DNA of 50,772 nucleotides from Reclinomonas americana ATCC 50394 (Eukaryota): NCBI GenBank assembly GCA_048213135.1, contig PS015319.1, positions 64,701 to 115,472 of the forward strand, read 5' to 3'. Shown piece by piece: positions 48,401 to 50,772 of this stretch (position 1 is its first letter; each line of letters starts with the position of its first letter). The notes under the pieces were generated by a model. It saw only the letters and a program-made list of their open reading frames with translations, ran no database searches and was not told where the DNA came from. The position numbers and the translations under genes were made by a program.

Positions 48401-50772
48401 TGCCGACTCAGGAGTTAGTCACAAGGAACAACAGAAGCGAGAACACAACACACACATACCGACTCCGGCTCCAGGATAGAGATGGTCATATTCTGTGCGA
48501 CTTGGTTGACAGTCCCCAGATACGCCTGCTGCACATCGACTTTTGGACTGCCAGTGACAGATGTTGGGCACTCTGGCATGGTGGTCTTGGCCCCGACAAG
48601 GAAAGCTTGTGCGCGCATACGAAGAATGGGCAGGCCGCCGGTTTGCGTCGGGGGTCTGACAGTCAGCGTGGCCGAGCTGAATTTCACCTCAGCAGCAACT
48701 GGTGCCGGTGGTTGCCACGGCTTACTGGCTGTATATAAAGAGATCGGTGAGCGACAGGCATGAATTACAGAGGACCGATCGGAAATAAACACGCACTTCC
48801 GCTGGTGATGGCCTCTGTGAGCGGAGAGAATGGGCCGACGCCGTGACTATTGCCGCCGCGGATGGCGAACTGATATCGCGTTACCGGCACAAGGTCATGC
48901 ACCACTGCTTCAGTGCCAGTCGCCATGACGGTCCATCTGCTGCTCGGAGTGTCCACGGGCACCACGTCGACGGCCACATTTTCCACCACGGCATGCGGGG
49001 ACAGCGGTGGAAGTGTGGCCATGCGCACGGTGGCCGTTGTCTCGTTAATCGACACCGTGGGTGGCAACGGAGCAGCCGGCAAGTGCACTGCGTCAAGAAA
49101 TGATGAATAAAATGAAGGAATCAAGCAGGAGACATGCTCAGCGCGCAACAATGACTGTCGACCAGATGTGCTGTTGGCGACCAAGGACTTGAACCAATCT
49201 TGTTGTGTGCAATTACACGAGCCTCATACTCGGTGTACTGGTCGAGACCAGGCACTACCGCCGGTGAAGATGCGACGTTGAAAGACACGTCGGCGACAGC
49301 ACCAGCGGCCAACGATACCGGCGAATACAGTTCCACCGTGTACGACGTTACCGGACAGCAGAAATGCACCATCGAGAGTGCGAAGGCTACCGTCACCGAG
49401 GTTTCGCTTCTCGTACCGACAGCACTCGGCACTCCGGGATGAGTGGGTATTGGAGTGACTGTGCACACGTGCCAGCAAAGAGTCAACATATGCGACACCC
49501 GCAATTGCGCGGATCATCGCACGCGCACGGACGCAACTCTCATACAACTCGAACTCAGTCGCCACTAGTCCGCCGTCATTGTCGCTACCGCTGATTATGA
49601 TCGACCGAGTTGGACCGTGCAGCCCGTCGATTGCCGAGCGCAGCTGATTGCCATTGGCGATGGTGAAGAGCGCACTGTCGGCGCCTCCAGTAATGGAGAA
49701 CGAAGGCGTGTCACAGCAATTGGCATCGACCAGCGTCAACTCGCCGATCAGGTCTCCTGCGGCCACCGGAACGGGAATCTCCAAGGACGACAGCAGGACA
49801 GCCGTGGGAGCCACACGAGCTGCAAGAGACGCCGCTCAGTATCTGTCAGAAGAACGAGCGCGAGGAACACCACCAGCACGTACCCTCTGTTACAACGAGT
49901 GGCTGTGTGAACGACAGCATGGTCGAGTCCGTGACACGCACGCTGACTTGCAGGTTGATTCCCTTTTGTCCAGCATTGACCAAGGCCAATTGCTGACCGT
50001 TGAGAATGGTAAAGAGCGCCTGGTCGGTGCCACCCACTATCGCGAACGTGTACTGCTCGCCAGTGTTGGCGTCGACTGCGCTCAGCACGCCGACTACAGC
50101 GTTGGCGGTGGTAGTCGGCGGCACATACGTGTGCGACGACAGAGTAACACCAGTGGGCGCCACAGAGGCTGCACACATACGCAAAAGAAGAGAGAGCGAG
50201 GAACAACGGGAAGAACTGTTCAGCCATTTCCGCTCACCCCAACAAGAGGGTCAATATCGAGATCACAGTCGACTGCCTCACCTTCATCAATCAACAATGT
50301 CTGATCGAATGTGCCACCGCTGCCGTCATTGGTGCGTACAATCACCTCCAAGTTGCGTCCCTGCACGCCACTCGCCGTGACCAGCAGACTCGACCCACCG
50401 ATGCCGAACTTGCTCGCATCGTGACCACCCACAACCTGATACACAAACGACTGGCAGCAGTTGTTGTCCACAGTCGTCAGCGTGCCCACCACTTGATTCG
50501 CCGGTCCCAGCGGTACATATGTCGCACTCGACACATGAACGGCCGTCGGGGGCACATTGGCTGTGCAGCAAAGAGCACCCAAGTGAGACACACAACGTAA
50601 TTCACAGCATGCATTTCACAATACCTTCATCGATTGTAAACGTATTGTCAAACGACAGCGAACCGTCGCCACTATCCGTTGACCGTACAGTCACCACGAG
50701 CCCGTTACCGACAGTGCCAGCCGCGGTGATACGCAGTTGACTGCCAGCGATGTTGAACAGGGCCGCATTCGC
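39444..50772 (-). CDS. Polycystin-1-like receptor: at least 4 cadherin-like repeats, 3 FN3, REJ, GAIN/GPS, TM1-TM5; no PLAT and no channel domain; 5' end beyond the right edge
   Basis: REJ: VNGAPTVEKFTVEPSSGVAFNTTFVLTATNCIDTDG...LPVG...V.V.D. GPS: CVYWD...RCASSHLTQF (HLT at 45605-45613). TM1 at ~45440-45505. TM2-3: QHTWVAAMRDQRTDTMRRTQKLT..VLWLGLLMCCWVNTLM..LLVVPVVFMASLMF. TM4-5: LPYNLVYANYVVCTCLAALVTFFTLL...VIEPLRLVV. The stop is at 39518 (unspliced) or 39444 (spliced). One gap lies inside (41302-41788). Confidence 0.75.

Overview
Draft eukaryotic (protist-like) genomic DNA. It is gene-dense, has many short GT-AG introns and (CT)/(GA)/(CA) microsatellites, and contains nine N-gaps, so most genes had to be rebuilt by hand from exons rather than read from the ORF track. 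From left to right: (1) a secreted temptin-domain + FN3 gene (minus, runs off the left edge); (2) an NLR-like STAND gene with a ubiquitin-like domain, HEPN (RxxxxH), NACHT, pentapeptide repeats and 14 WD40 repeats, with one frameshift in repeat 9; (3) a tandem H-type-lectin-like gene; (4) a repeat/TE-rich block with a partial DIRS-type retroelement and a ~150-bp hairpin-rich tandem array; (5) a long orphan coiled-coil gene; (6) prenylcysteine oxidase; (7) a GT34-like glycosyltransferase; (8) a CPSF6/CFIm68 homolog; (9) mitochondrial uL13; (10) nuclear CcmH, which implies System I cytochrome c maturation; (11) an >11-kb polycystin-1-like gene (minus, runs off the right edge) with bacterial-style cadherin repeats, FN3, REJ, GPS and only the first five TM helices. 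The best candidates for new biology are the HEPN-effector NLR, flanked by surface-recognition genes, and the channel-less cadherin-PKD1 receptor. All family calls come from motif recognition by eye; no database searches were run.
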